NCBI GenBank assembly: GCA_000503915.1
Contig: CP006915.1
Coordinates: 813,465-845,464, forward strand
Length of the DNA: 32,000 nt
Reading direction: 5' to 3'
Source of the DNA: Candidatus Saccharimonadota bacterium
Lineage (GTDB): Bacteria > Patescibacteriota > Saccharimonadia > Saccharimonadales > Saccharimonadaceae
This document shows, piece after piece, positions 31,967 through 32,000 of the stretch (its first letter is position 1; every line of letters begins with the position of its first letter). Made by a program: the position numbers and the translations under genes. The notes beneath the pieces are model-generated. The model had not been told where the DNA came from, searched no databases, and was given only the letters and a program-made list of their open reading frames with translations.

Positions 31967-32000
31967 TGGTATAATTATATCATAAGGAAAGTACCTATAC

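Noticed and set aside
1-32000. CRISPR arrays, rRNA genes, and transposase or integrase genes.
   Set aside because: I saw no regularly spaced repeat-spacer pattern, no rRNA-like conserved blocks, and no ORF with DDE or tyrosine/serine recombinase motifs in any frame of the ORF track.

Overview
This 32-kb window looks like it comes from a small, streamlined bacterial genome, possibly Patescibacteria/Saccharibacteria-like. That placement is a low-confidence inference from gene content, the number of type IV pilin-like genes and many near-leaderless promoters.

Most of the window is minus-strand housekeeping:
- trmD, a KH-domain protein, rpsP, rnc, a NUDIX hydrolase, nusB, rpmF (found by hand, below the ORF-track size cutoff), leuS and murF.
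- A csoR / small Cys-rich ORF / copB copper operon with a CsoR-type operator.
- An HxlR regulator divergent from an F420-type reductase, and an ArsR regulator with an MMPL transporter.
- ddl, rarA, trehalase and a ZIP transporter.
- Three type IV pilin-like genes, one fused to a LamG domain and interrupted by a frameshift.

I found no rRNA genes and no CRISPR array.

The accessory and unusual content is concentrated in four places:
1. A truncated AT-rich nuclease-like gene at the left edge, next to tRNA-Gln.
2. A roughly 5.9-kb AT-rich island (18792-24782) bounded by about 120-bp direct repeats and abutting tRNA-Gly(GCC). It carries an AlwI/PleI/N.BstNBI-family type IIS restriction enzyme, a two-domain adenine methyltransferase, and a nested cassette (orphan PurM-like gene plus a small membrane protein) flanked by its own 19-bp repeat. 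No integrase is visible.
3. A tRNA cluster (Gln, Gly-GCC, Phe, Gly-CCC) in which three of the four real tRNAs (Gln, Gly-GCC, Gly-CCC, not Phe) are preceded by a degenerate tRNA-like copy. Each copy carries the same GC-rich hairpin module. One of these tRNA-like units appears split by a 759-bp insertion bounded by a 10-bp direct repeat, and the insertion carries tRNA-Gly(CCC) and a stand-alone winged-helix gene.
4. A complete NUDIX-fold domain inserted inside LeuRS.

All calls come from reading the sequence and from remembered family motifs. No database search was run.
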